Assembly (NCBI GenBank): GCA_019058365.1
Contig: JAHPZE010000033.1
Location: 1 to 42,687, forward strand
DNA: 42,687 nucleotides
Reading direction: 5' to 3'
Source: Promethearchaeota archaeon
GTDB lineage: Archaea; Asgardarchaeota; Lokiarchaeia; Sigyniarchaeales; SOKP01
The translations under genes were made by a program, and so were the position numbers. Under the pieces are notes generated by a model. The model was not told the DNA's origin and made no database searches. It saw nothing but the letters and a program-made list of their open reading frames with translations. Shown in pieces: positions 19,739-28,911 of this stretch (positions within the stretch are counted from its first letter, which is position 1; the number at the start of each line of letters is the position of its first letter).

Positions 19739-20710
19739 TTAAAAATTGTCTAGAAGATTTTTAAGAATTAAAGGCATGGAGTAAATATCATAATAATTAT
19801 GCTCTATAATTTCCTTTATTAATCCTATATATCTTTTGGGATTATCTTTATATTTACGATAACAGAGACCAACTAAATTACTTGGTAATGTATTATTTCT
19901 GGTCCATCTTAGTAGTTTTTCTTCCATACTTGTCAAAGAGTAATTATTGTATTTTCCTTTATATAGGCGACGACAATGATGGTATAGATCTATATGATGA
20001 AATTTGGTATTACTTTTTTCATATGGGGGATCATCTTCAGAAATCATAGGATTTTTATCAAAAAAATACAAAAATCGATTTGCTAAATATGGTATATCAA
20101 AGGTTTTTCCATTATAAGTAATGAAAGATTTAAAATTCGGAAATATTTGAGTTCTTAGATGTTCGTAAATTGCTATTTCTTCTTCAAGTTCTCTTGTGAA
20201 TAAGAGATGGATTTTAAATTTGTTATTTTTAAAGAAACCAATCCCTACTAGGATGATAGGACTATCAATGATACCCAAAGTTTCAATATCTAAAAATAAA
20301 AAATCTTCAATTTTAAAGCAAAAACTTACATCTAAATCATTGATATGTCTATTTTTAGCCAGCGTTTTATAATCCTTGTTTTTAATTAAGTTTATAATTT
20401 GATTCGCTAGACTACTAAAATTTAAATTGTATCTTAAGTCTATGAGAGTTTTTATTCCTCTCTGATTTAATTTTTTTTCAATATACTCGCCTATATAATT
20501 TACAGTTTTAAGATTATATAACAATTTTTTCTGAGTCTTAAATAAATCTATATCATTTGGAATGTCTTTTTCCTCCCAGAAAAATTCTATAAATTCCCCC
20601 ATATTATTGCTAATGGTACGATGATTTTGATACAAGTCTTGTAATCTTTTTCCACGATATTGTTCTACTAATGGTGTAATATCGAAGCTTTCGAATTTGT
20701 AATAATCCAT
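19739..20710 (-). CDS. YprB/MrfB-like RNase H-fold (DEDD) exonuclease
   Basis: FLDIETLG, TYNGKTFDIPYL, HIDLY and IIEHNYYDI, with an upstream HhH-like segment (LKTVNYIGEYIEKKL..GIKTL.DL). Confidence 0.88.
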   Translation of the reverse strand: MDYYKFESFDITPLVEQYRGKRLQDLYQNHRTISNNMGEFIEFFWEEKDIPNDIDLFKTQKKLLYNLKTVNYIGEYIEKKLNQRGIKTLIDLRYNLNFSSLANQIINLIKNKDYKTLAKNRHINDLDVSFCFKIEDFLFLDIETLGIIDSPIILVGIGFFKNNKFKIHLLFTRELEEEIAIYEHLRTQIFPNFKSFITYNGKTFDIPYLANRFLYFFDKNPMISEDDPPYEKSNTKFHHIDLYHHCRRLYKGKYNNYSLTSMEEKLLRWTRNNTLPSNLVGLCYRKYKDNPKRYIGLIKEIIEHNYYDIYSMPLILKNLLDNF

Positions 20711-20829
20711 TATCTATCATTAATTAAGATGTTTTATTTAATAATGAATTCTCTTAAGATTTATAGTAAAATTAAAAATTTATTGAACCTTTAGAGATCT
20801 TTAGCTATTATCTAGATTTTGCTTTTTCA

Positions 20830-22119
20830 TTATTTAGTTTTAAAAAATCTTCTAGATTCAGCATCTCCAAGTATATAATGGCTCCCACCACCGTGTATCA
20901 TACAGTACGCATCAAGAAGTCCAAATTGATTGCAATATTGCTCTGTAAATGCTCTTCCACCCATGGTTCTAAATAAATCTATGGAACTTTGAAATGCTAA
21001 TTCACATGTTTGAATTTTTAACCCGATTACTTGATTGGCCATCATTTTAGAATCTGCGATTTGTGAACGATTATCGATCTCGCGAGCATAATTCATTAAA
21101 GCTGAAAGGTATAAATTTATTCCTCGAATATTCTTAGCAATTGGAAACCTAATAATTTGATATTGATGTAATTTGTGTTTAAATTGTTCGCGTTGAAGAG
21201 CAAAAGTATGAGAATAAAATAATTTTTTAATACTGTCACCTATTGCTTCAGCACTTATAACCAAACGTTCTTCAGTTAATTGATGAAACATTATATCTAG
21301 TCCATCACCATCGAGAAGATTATCTCTAGGAAGTTCAACATCATCAAAAACCAAACGGCTAACAAATGCATCATTCATACCATAAGTTCTTACTCTAGAG
21401 GATTCAAAATTTTTCAATTGTTGATGTTCAGTATCTACGATTATTCCGCCTAGTCTCCCATTATTTAATCTTCCATAAAGTATAAGGTTCTCAGCTAACA
21501 TCCCATTGGTTATAAATAATTTTTTCCCATTCGCGATAACTTTATCTCCTATCTCATCTAGTTTTAACTCAATTCTAACAATGTCACTTCCTGCGTTAAA
21601 CTCAGTCATGCCAGACGCTGCCATCAAACCATTTTTTATCACAGGAATGAGATATTTTTCCCGTTGATAATCATTAGCTTTATAATTTACAGGATTACAA
21701 TAAAGTGTACCTCCCGATAAACGACCCATTTCAATACTCCAATTCCCACTGACATATCTATCACTATTAGGTGACCAAAAGCCACCACATAAGGATAAGG
21801 CTATTAGAACATTTCTAGTAACATTCCCAACTTCATGATCATCAAAATCAATAACCGTACTATAATAACCCTTTTCAGCTAATTTTTTCATAAAATTAAC
21901 GACGATTTCACTTTTCTTTTCTTGAATTGGTTCTTCTGCCTTATAATTTAATTCTTCCAAGCTTTTTAAATCTTCTTCAAGATATTTTTCCATATATTCA
22001 TAAAATTCAGCTAGGAAATGCTTTTCTTTCACATTAAATATTGGGTTATTCAATATATCCAATTCTGGAATATATTTACTAATTTCGAGTTTCGGAAATT
22101 CTGGGAGTCTTGTATCCAT
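20830..22119 (-). CDS. Acyl-CoA dehydrogenase, divergent, IVD/LCAD-type catalytic Glu position
   Basis: GMTEFNAGSD, NGKKLFITNG, L.FDDV.LP..NLL, LTEERL, REQF...L..YQ.I, MGGRAF and IHGGGS. Start placed at ATG 22119. Confidence 0.88.
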   Translation of the reverse strand: MDTRLPEFPKLEISKYIPELDILNNPIFNVKEKHFLAEFYEYMEKYLEEDLKSLEELNYKAEEPIQEKKSEIVVNFMKKLAEKGYYSTVIDFDDHEVGNVTRNVLIALSLCGGFWSPNSDRYVSGNWSIEMGRLSGGTLYCNPVNYKANDYQREKYLIPVIKNGLMAASGMTEFNAGSDIVRIELKLDEIGDKVIANGKKLFITNGMLAENLILYGRLNNGRLGGIIVDTEHQQLKNFESSRVRTYGMNDAFVSRLVFDDVELPRDNLLDGDGLDIMFHQLTEERLVISAEAIGDSIKKLFYSHTFALQREQFKHKLHQYQIIRFPIAKNIRGINLYLSALMNYAREIDNRSQIADSKMMANQVIGLKIQTCELAFQSSIDLFRTMGGRAFTEQYCNQFGLLDAYCMIHGGGSHYILGDAESRRFFKTK

Positions 22120-22311
22120 AATAAATAAGACAATTTTCACATGATTTTAAATTTTCTTTTCCATTAAGTTGGATTTTATTCCCATCGATGTAAATAAGTT
22201 GATTAGTAATCTTTTAATCAAAACAAAACATAACAATAAAATATTAAATCTATTTGAAAATAAAATTTTTAAAAATTAAATTGATATAAAATATCTAAAA
22301 GTGAAGATATA

Positions 22312-23733
22312 ATGATTAAATTTAGTGATAAACAATTAAAAATACCTAAATTACTGCGACCAGTCTACTTAGCTACAGTTGGAATGTCAAAATTCGATCG
22401 TGCTTTTCCTGAAACGAGGACGGAAGAATTATGTATTCAAGCTTTAACAGCTGCTTCAGATTTTGTTAATATGACGCCAGCAGAATTAAAAAGATTCATT
22501 CATACTGCTTATTATGGTCATTTTGCCGATCATTTCGGTGATCAATTACTTGGAGAGGCTGTGATTCATGATAGACTCGGACTTGATCCTTTAGGAACTA
22601 TTGGTATCAAGACGGGGGGCGCAACAGGTGGATCAACAATGTGGGAAGCGATTAAAGCCGTTGCTTCAGGATATAGTGATTGTGCTTTAGCCTTAGGATG
22701 GGAGCGAATGGATGAAGTGCCTACTGATGAAGGTAATCATCTTATATCATGTGCTGCAGATAAAGATTGGGAAACTCCCCTGGGACATATATATACTGGT
22801 TATTATGCTGTTATGGCTCAAAGATATTGGCAAATTTTTGGGAAAGCTGAAGATTCTTTTAGAAAAACAATGGCAGAAATTGCTGTTAAAAACCGAGGCT
22901 ATGCAAGAATGAATCCTCATGCCCATGGCCCCATGGACATCACTGTGGAGGATGTAATTAACTCTCCTGTTATAGCATATCCTCTTCGCGCTTTAGATTG
23001 TTGTTTGATGAGCGTGGGCGCAGCATGTGGAATTGTATGTGATGAAAAAACAGCCTATGAAATAACGGACAACCCACTTCGGATCTGGATAGGTGCGGGG
23101 AGCCATACACTTAGAGTTGCGGATCGTCGTGATATGAAGATCCCACTTTTACCAAATGAGGAATCAGGGCAATATGATGATTTAGGTAAAAAATTTCCAG
23201 GAGGAGATAGATATCCCGGATTTAGCAGCTTCTTAGCTGCTCGAATTGCTGCTTATTATGCGTATAATATGACGGGTGTTGTTGATCCCAGCGAAGATTT
23301 AGATGTTGTAGAGCTTCATGATGCTTTTACGATTAGTGATATTCAAACCTACGAAGATATTGGAATTCGACCGTATGGGGAAGGCAGGGATTATATTGAG
23401 TCTGGAGATGCGTATGTGATTAATCCAAATACCAATAAACCTGGAAAATTACCTAGCAATCCCTGTGGTGGTTTAATAGGGTGTATGCATGCGGTAGGAG
23501 CTACGGGATTAATGCAAATTGCGGAGATTGGTTACCATATTTGGAACAGATGGGATGAAATCCATGAGCCTGAGGAAAAGTGGAAAGAATTTGGTCGAGA
23601 AAAACCAAAAGATTGGACTAGCTTACAGGTCAAAGGAGCTAAACGAGGGTTAGCCATCAGTCATGCAGGTGTCGGTTCTCATGTAACTTGTACTATAATA
23701 ATGCATCCAAATCATTTAATAAAGGAGGATTAA
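22312..23733 (+). CDS. Thiolase-fold (SCP-x type) protein lacking the nucleophilic Cys
   Basis: Thiolase fold motifs (VGMSKF, GWERM, AVKNR....NP.A, PLRALDCC, VELHDAF, NPCGGLIG.MHAVGATG). The Cys loop reads KTGGATGG. Confidence 0.88.
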   Translation: MIKFSDKQLKIPKLLRPVYLATVGMSKFDRAFPETRTEELCIQALTAASDFVNMTPAELKRFIHTAYYGHFADHFGDQLLGEAVIHDRLGLDPLGTIGIKTGGATGGSTMWEAIKAVASGYSDCALALGWERMDEVPTDEGNHLISCAADKDWETPLGHIYTGYYAVMAQRYWQIFGKAEDSFRKTMAEIAVKNRGYARMNPHAHGPMDITVEDVINSPVIAYPLRALDCCLMSVGAACGIVCDEKTAYEITDNPLRIWIGAGSHTLRVADRRDMKIPLLPNEESGQYDDLGKKFPGGDRYPGFSSFLAARIAAYYAYNMTGVVDPSEDLDVVELHDAFTISDIQTYEDIGIRPYGEGRDYIESGDAYVINPNTNKPGKLPSNPCGGLIGCMHAVGATGLMQIAEIGYHIWNRWDEIHEPEEKWKEFGREKPKDWTSLQVKGAKRGLAISHAGVGSHVTCTIIMHPNHLIKED

Positions 23734-23737
23734 AAAA

Positions 23738-24340
23738 ATGCCAAAAACAGAAGATGAAAAAGGTTTTGTAGATATAGTAAATGGAAGGTATAAAGTGAGA
23801 GGCAAATTTCACATCATTGAAAAAAATCAACCTATCTTTAATAAGGATACAGGAAAGTTAGCAGGTGTTACTAATCCCAGAGATATGACATACATACACT
23901 CATATGGAGGAGAAGGTATATTTTTCGAATCTCTTGGCAAAGGAAAACTAATGGCTACAAGATGTGATAACGATAGATGTGAAACAAAAGGTTCTATTTA
24001 TGAACCATTTCGAATCTATTGCCCAGATTGCTTAAGAAAAAATACTGTTGTAGATATTACTGAAAAAGCTCAAAAAACAGCAAAAATACACTCTTTTATT
24101 ATTACTCATCGTTCTGGAGCTTTTAATACGCTTCCAAAACCAATTAAGTTCATAAACATTGAATTTGATGAAGAAGTAGTCACTATTCTTATGAGCGTGT
24201 TAGTTGTCGGAGAACCAGAAATAGGAAAAAAAGTTGTGCCAATCTTTCGAACCAAGAATCCAACTTATACAATTATGGATTTAATGTTTGTTGTTGAAGG
24301 TACAAAAGAGTCAGAGTTACCTGAAGGTTTTACATTCTAA
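23738..24340 (+). CDS. DUF35-type Zn-ribbon/OB-fold partner of the thiolase-like protein
   Basis: FFESL.KGKLMATRC....C......P.R..CPDC followed by an OB fold ending IGKKV.P.F. Starts 4 nt after the thiolase-like gene with an AGGAGG SD. Confidence 0.85.
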   Translation: MPKTEDEKGFVDIVNGRYKVRGKFHIIEKNQPIFNKDTGKLAGVTNPRDMTYIHSYGGEGIFFESLGKGKLMATRCDNDRCETKGSIYEPFRIYCPDCLRKNTVVDITEKAQKTAKIHSFIITHRSGAFNTLPKPIKFINIEFDEEVVTILMSVLVVGEPEIGKKVVPIFRTKNPTYTIMDLMFVVEGTKESELPEGFTF

Positions 24341-24370
24341 TTTTATTTTTTACAACTCTTTTTTTTATTT
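24341..24370 (+). terminator. Putative archaeal U-rich terminator
   Basis: T-tracts immediately after the stop codon of the DUF35 gene. Confidence 0.4.
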
Positions 24371-24783
24371 AAATAAGCATTTTCATTTCACTTTAAACAT
24401 TTTTTGGAAATTCTATTAAAACTAAATAGAACATTCGTGGTAAAAAACCAACAAATCCTAAAGATTTATTCTTTATTTTTATTGAAAAAATTAATAATTC
24501 AATATGAGGAATTATTAATGCAAATAATTTCGCTAAAGATTTCATGAGTACAAAAAATATAGTTACCTAACGTCCAAATTATAAACGTGAAGCGTCTATA
24601 AAATAGAAAAATAAGCTTTAAAAAAATTTTATTTTACCTCCCCTTTTTTAAAAATATATTTATTGAAATGATAAATTCTTTTATAAAAATTATTTTGTTA
24701 GAATGTAAGTTATAACACGATATTAAAATAAGTAAAAAGTAAAAAAAATTTATTTATAGTTGCTTTTCGGTTTTGATGCCTAT

Positions 24784-25683
24784 TCATAACATTACATGTT
24801 CTTGTTTTAGGTGAAATATTTTTCTTGCCTCTTCACCTTGAGCAATTTCTCGTCCTGCAATCTCAGCAACCTTTTTAGCCCATGCTACTTGCTCATAACT
24901 GCCTTTAGCTAATTCTCCTGTAATAATGCGAGTATTATCTTCTAATCCAACACGGATATGCCCTCCCAAAGCTGCAGCACATAATCCAGCTTGAAATTGT
25001 TGTTTAGAAACACCACATACACTCCAAGTAGCTTCTGGAGGTATTAGATCTAGCAGCAAAGCAAGATTTTTTGGGGAGAATGGAATTCCTCCGAGTACGC
25101 CCCATACAAATTGGAAATGTAATGGTTGTGTGAATGTACCTTCTTGTCTATTTAGAAAAAGCATATTATACAAGCCTCCTAAGTCGTAAATTTCCATTTC
25201 TGGTTTAGTGCCTGCTTTTTTCATCTCTTTCGCAAATTTTGAAATCGTTCTAAATGTATTTGCGAAAATATTATCTACGCCCATACCAACTTTTCCTGTT
25301 CGGTAATCACCGACTGCAAAATTCATGGAAGCTGTATTTAAAGATGCTAGGGGGGGTTTAAATGTTTGAACTGGTGCTATTCTTTGTTTATCAGTTGCAA
25401 CTGAACTAATAGCAGTACTTAAATTGATTATTACATCTGGTGCTTTTGATTTAATATTTTCTAGAACTGCTTTTATTAACTCTAACTCATGCGTTGGATT
25501 GCCTTTCTCTGGATCTCGAGCATGAATGTGGACAATCGCAGCACCTGCATCATAACACTTTTTTGCTTCATCTCCAAATTCTTCTGCAGTATAAGGAACA
25601 TCTGGATTATTAGCTTTAGTTGTAATTGCACCAGCTAATGCTGCTGAAATAACTAATTTATTTTCTGGGTTTGAATCTGACAT
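24784..25683 (-). CDS. Beta-keto acid cleavage enzyme (BKACE/DUF849, 3-keto-5-aminohexanoate cleavage family)
   Basis: ISAALAGA, NPDVPYT.EE, AGAAIVHIHAR, ASLN..SMNF, KPEMEIYD, HFQFVWG..GG and GGHIRVGLEDN. Confidence 0.93.
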   Translation of the reverse strand: MSDSNPENKLVISAALAGAITTKANNPDVPYTAEEFGDEAKKCYDAGAAIVHIHARDPEKGNPTHELELIKAVLENIKSKAPDVIINLSTAISSVATDKQRIAPVQTFKPPLASLNTASMNFAVGDYRTGKVGMGVDNIFANTFRTISKFAKEMKKAGTKPEMEIYDLGGLYNMLFLNRQEGTFTQPLHFQFVWGVLGGIPFSPKNLALLLDLIPPEATWSVCGVSKQQFQAGLCAAALGGHIRVGLEDNTRIITGELAKGSYEQVAWAKKVAEIAGREIAQGEEARKIFHLKQEHVML

Positions 25684-25926
25684 TTAATATCACATTTTTT
25701 TTATTTAGTTTGGATTTATTTTAATAAGAAAAATTAATTGTTTAGTAAAAATTACACATCTTTATATTTAAACTTTAAAAGATCAAAATTCTCTGACACA
25801 AAGCTTGTAATTCTTTGAATAAAATTGAATAAATTTTGTTTGCATAAATCAACTTAAATGTTGAAAATTATCTACTTTGTTCTAATCAGTTAAACTCAAT
25901 TTGATATTTTTTTTATATTATTCAAC

Positions 25927-26060
25927 CAATATTATAATAATTTTAATAATAAATTAAAAAAATGAGAAAATTAAAAATGGATAGAGAAGTTGCAATAGTA
26001 GGATCTGCTCAAACACAATATGAAGCAGAAAAAATAGATTTGACAATTTCAGAATGTGTT
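25927..26060 (+). repeat. Imperfect direct repeat, copy 1 (copy 2 at about 27722-27849), covering upstream region and gene start
   Basis: Both copies begin CAATATTATAAT, continue ATTAAAAAAA.GAGAA...AAAAATGGATA and share the first ~26 codons. Confidence 0.8.
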
Positions 26061-26072
26061 TTAAATATATGA
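25977..26072 (+). pseudogene. Truncated 5' copy of the ltp4-like thiolase-fold gene (31 codons)
   Basis: Reads MDREVAIVGSAQTQYEAEKIDLTISECVLNI* versus MDKVAIVGCAQTKYEAEKIDLTISELVFEV at 27766. 62 of 68 nt are identical over the core. Confidence 0.8.
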
Positions 26073-26082
26073 GGAAATAAAT

Positions 26083-27633
26083 ATGAATCTTAGAGAATTA
26101 GTTAAAAGCCAAGCAGAAAAATATAAGGATAAGGTTTTTTTATATTGGAAAGATATAACGGTCTCCTATTCTCAATTGGATGCATTATCAAATAAAGTAG
26201 CGAATTTTTTATATGATTTAGGAATAAGAAAAGGAGATAAAGTAAGTGTTTACTTACCAAATATACCCGAATATGTGTACTTATACTTAGGTATACCTAA
26301 AATAGGAGCAGTTACTGGTCCTGTGAATGCCTTGTTTAAACCTAGAGAAGTGAAATTTGTCGTTGGGCATTCAGAAGCTAAAGCAATTATTACTATTCCG
26401 AAATTCGTGGAAATAATTAATCAAATTAAAGGAGAACTTCCTAATTTAAAGTATGTAATCATAATCGGAGAACCTGTTGAAGGAACCTTAAATTATAGTG
26501 AATTAATGGAAAAAGCTTCACCTAATGCTCCTCCTGAGGTGAATATCGATGAAAAAAAAGATCCTGCTGCTATACTTTATACTTCAGGAACCACTGGTTT
26601 TCCTAAAGGTGTACTACAAACTCATTTTAACATTAGGAGAAATGCTGAAATGATACGAGATTTCATGGACGCGAAAGAATACTACAGATTTATGCTAATT
26701 TTACCATTATTTCATGTTAATGCTCAAATTGTCACTATTATGGGACCACTTGTAATAGGAGCGAGCTCGATTTTAACACCTGGATTTTCAGCTCAAACAC
26801 ATTGGGAAACTGTTGCAAAATATAAAGCATCTACTTTCAGTTGTGTTCCAACAGTACTTTCTGTTTTACTTAAAATGCCATATGAAAATCTTGATCTTTC
26901 TTCATTAGAATTTATTATTTGTGGAGCTGCTCCTTTACCTGTGGAGGTATTTCGGGCATTTGAAGACACATTTAAATGCAAAGTAGTTGAGGGCTATGGC
27001 CTCACAGAGGGTACATGCGCTTCTTCTGTTAATCCACTACCAACGGAAACCGAAGATAGGCGAAAAATAGGTAGCATCGGTTTACCTTTACCAGGAAATG
27101 AAATGAAAATTGTAGATAGCCAAGGTAACGATCTTCCACCAAATTCTAAAGGTGAAATTGTTGTTAAAGGTGATAACGTCATGAAAGAATATTTCAAAAA
27201 TCCAGAGGCAAACGCTGAAACTCTTAAAGATGGGTGGTTATATACAGGAGATATTGGTCATATGGACGAAGATGGTTTTTTCTACATAACTGATCGTAAA
27301 AAAGATATGATAATCCGAGGAGGAGAAAATATATATCCACGTGAAATTGAGGAAGTGATTTACTCTCATCCAGCAGTTTCATTGGGTACCGTTATTGGAG
27401 TGCGGGATGAGATTTATGGAGAACTTCCTAAAGCTTTTATTGTATTGAAAGAAGGAGAATCTATTGCTGAAGAAGAAATTATCGCATATTGTAAAAAACA
27501 TCTAGCTGATTTTAAAGTACCGAAATACGTGGAATTTAGGGCCAGTCTCCCTCAAACACCTACAGGAAAGATAATGAAACAACCACTTCGCGAAGAGGAA
27601 GAAGCTAAAACAGGGAGAGTATTTAGCACTTAA
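26083..27633 (+). CDS. Long-chain acyl-CoA ligase (ANL adenylate-forming family)
   Basis: YTSGTTGFPKG, LPLFHVNA, EGYGLTEG, GWLYTGDIG, DRKKDMIIRGGENIYPREIE and PQTPTGKI. Confidence 0.94.
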   Translation: MNLRELVKSQAEKYKDKVFLYWKDITVSYSQLDALSNKVANFLYDLGIRKGDKVSVYLPNIPEYVYLYLGIPKIGAVTGPVNALFKPREVKFVVGHSEAKAIITIPKFVEIINQIKGELPNLKYVIIIGEPVEGTLNYSELMEKASPNAPPEVNIDEKKDPAAILYTSGTTGFPKGVLQTHFNIRRNAEMIRDFMDAKEYYRFMLILPLFHVNAQIVTIMGPLVIGASSILTPGFSAQTHWETVAKYKASTFSCVPTVLSVLLKMPYENLDLSSLEFIICGAAPLPVEVFRAFEDTFKCKVVEGYGLTEGTCASSVNPLPTETEDRRKIGSIGLPLPGNEMKIVDSQGNDLPPNSKGEIVVKGDNVMKEYFKNPEANAETLKDGWLYTGDIGHMDEDGFFYITDRKKDMIIRGGENIYPREIEEVIYSHPAVSLGTVIGVRDEIYGELPKAFIVLKEGESIAEEEIIAYCKKHLADFKVPKYVEFRASLPQTPTGKIMKQPLREEEEAKTGRVFST

Positions 27634-27660
27634 TTTTTTTTTAATCTTTATTTTTTTTTT
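27634..27660 (+). terminator. Putative archaeal U-rich terminator
   Basis: Two long T-runs directly after the ligase stop codon. Confidence 0.45.
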
Positions 27661-27765
27661 AATAATTTTAAATCCATTTTTTCTTCAATAATCAATTAAA
27701 AGCTTTTATAGATGATTCATTCAATATTATAATTATTTCTTATTAAAAAAAAGAGAATATGAAAA

Positions 27766-28908
27766 ATGGATAAAGTAGCAATAGTTGGATGTGCTCAAAC
27801 AAAATATGAAGCAGAAAAAATTGATTTAACAATTTCAGAACTTGTTTTTGAAGTTGTTAAAAAGTTACATAATGAGTTAGGAATTACAAATGATGATGTT
27901 GGCTGCGTAATTACTGGTTCGAATGATTTCAATGATGGAAGAACAATAGCGAATATGGCGATTCAAGATGCTGTTGGGTCAGTTAGAAAAGCAGAATCTC
28001 GAGTTTCTGGTGATGGTGCGTTTGCTTATGTGTATGGTGCTATGAGAGTCTTATCTGGAGAATATGAAACTGTTTTGGTTGTTTCACACTCTAAATGCTC
28101 GGAAGGTAATCAGTATCTTATAAACAATTCAATATTTGATCCATTTTATCAGCGACATTTAGGGTTAGATCAAATTTCTTCTGCTGGTTTAATGGCAAAT
28201 ATGTACATGAGCAAATATGGAGTTAGTGAAGAACAAGCTGCAAAAGTGGTAGTAAAAAATCGAAAAAATGCTATTAATAATCCTTATGCTCATCTACAAA
28301 ATGAAATATCCATGGATGATGTTTTGAATTCACCTATGTTGGCATATCCTTTAAAAGAATTAGACTTTCCCCCATATAGTGATGGGGCAGTAGCAATGCT
28401 CCTCACTAATGAGAGCAATGCTAAAAAGTTTACTGATACGCCAGTTTTGTTAAAGGGATATGCAAGTTGTACTGATGCATATTATCTTGGACACCGAACT
28501 ATGACTGATTTAATAGGGTTGGAGCATGCCGCAAAAGAAGCTTTTAAAATGGCTGAAATTAAAGATCCAATCAAAGATCTAGATGTAGCTGAAGTTTTTG
28601 AAGCTTTTTCTGTGCATGAACTTATGATATATGAAGCTTTAGGATTATGTGGGAAAGGAGAGGGAGGTAAATTTATTGAAAGGGGAGAAACACAAATAGA
28701 TGGATCAATTCCAGTAAATCCATCAGGAGGCGTATTATCTAGCAATGTTGCGATGGCTAATGGTTTAATTCGTGTAGCAGAGATTGCTTCACAACTAATG
28801 GGTAAAGCAGAAAAGCGACAAATAGCTGATGCAAAAACAGGATTAGCTTACGGAATGAATGGGATATGCTCACAAGGGAATTGTGTATTAATATTCGGAG
28901 GTGAATAA
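27766..28908 (+). CDS. Ltp4-like thiolase-fold protein (no catalytic Cys or His)
   Basis: L.NELGIT..D.G....GS.D...GR, ESRVSGDGAFA, DP.....L..D.IS.AGL.A, VNPSGGVLSSN...A.GL.R and Q.NC follow mycobacterial Ltp4 (Rv3522) as I recall it. Cys loop replaced by SGDG. Confidence 0.8.
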   Translation: MDKVAIVGCAQTKYEAEKIDLTISELVFEVVKKLHNELGITNDDVGCVITGSNDFNDGRTIANMAIQDAVGSVRKAESRVSGDGAFAYVYGAMRVLSGEYETVLVVSHSKCSEGNQYLINNSIFDPFYQRHLGLDQISSAGLMANMYMSKYGVSEEQAAKVVVKNRKNAINNPYAHLQNEISMDDVLNSPMLAYPLKELDFPPYSDGAVAMLLTNESNAKKFTDTPVLLKGYASCTDAYYLGHRTMTDLIGLEHAAKEAFKMAEIKDPIKDLDVAEVFEAFSVHELMIYEALGLCGKGEGGKFIERGETQIDGSIPVNPSGGVLSSNVAMANGLIRVAEIASQLMGKAEKRQIADAKTGLAYGMNGICSQGNCVLIFGGE

Positions 28909-28911
28909 AAG

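Noticed and set aside
24371-24783. Long intergenic gap with a broken plus-strand frame (NIRGKKPTNPKDLFF..*GIINANNFAKDF..) and a ~50-codon antisense ORF
   Set aside because: No recognisable homology or convincing start. It could be a decayed gene, but I cannot support that, nor a selenocysteine reading of the TGA.
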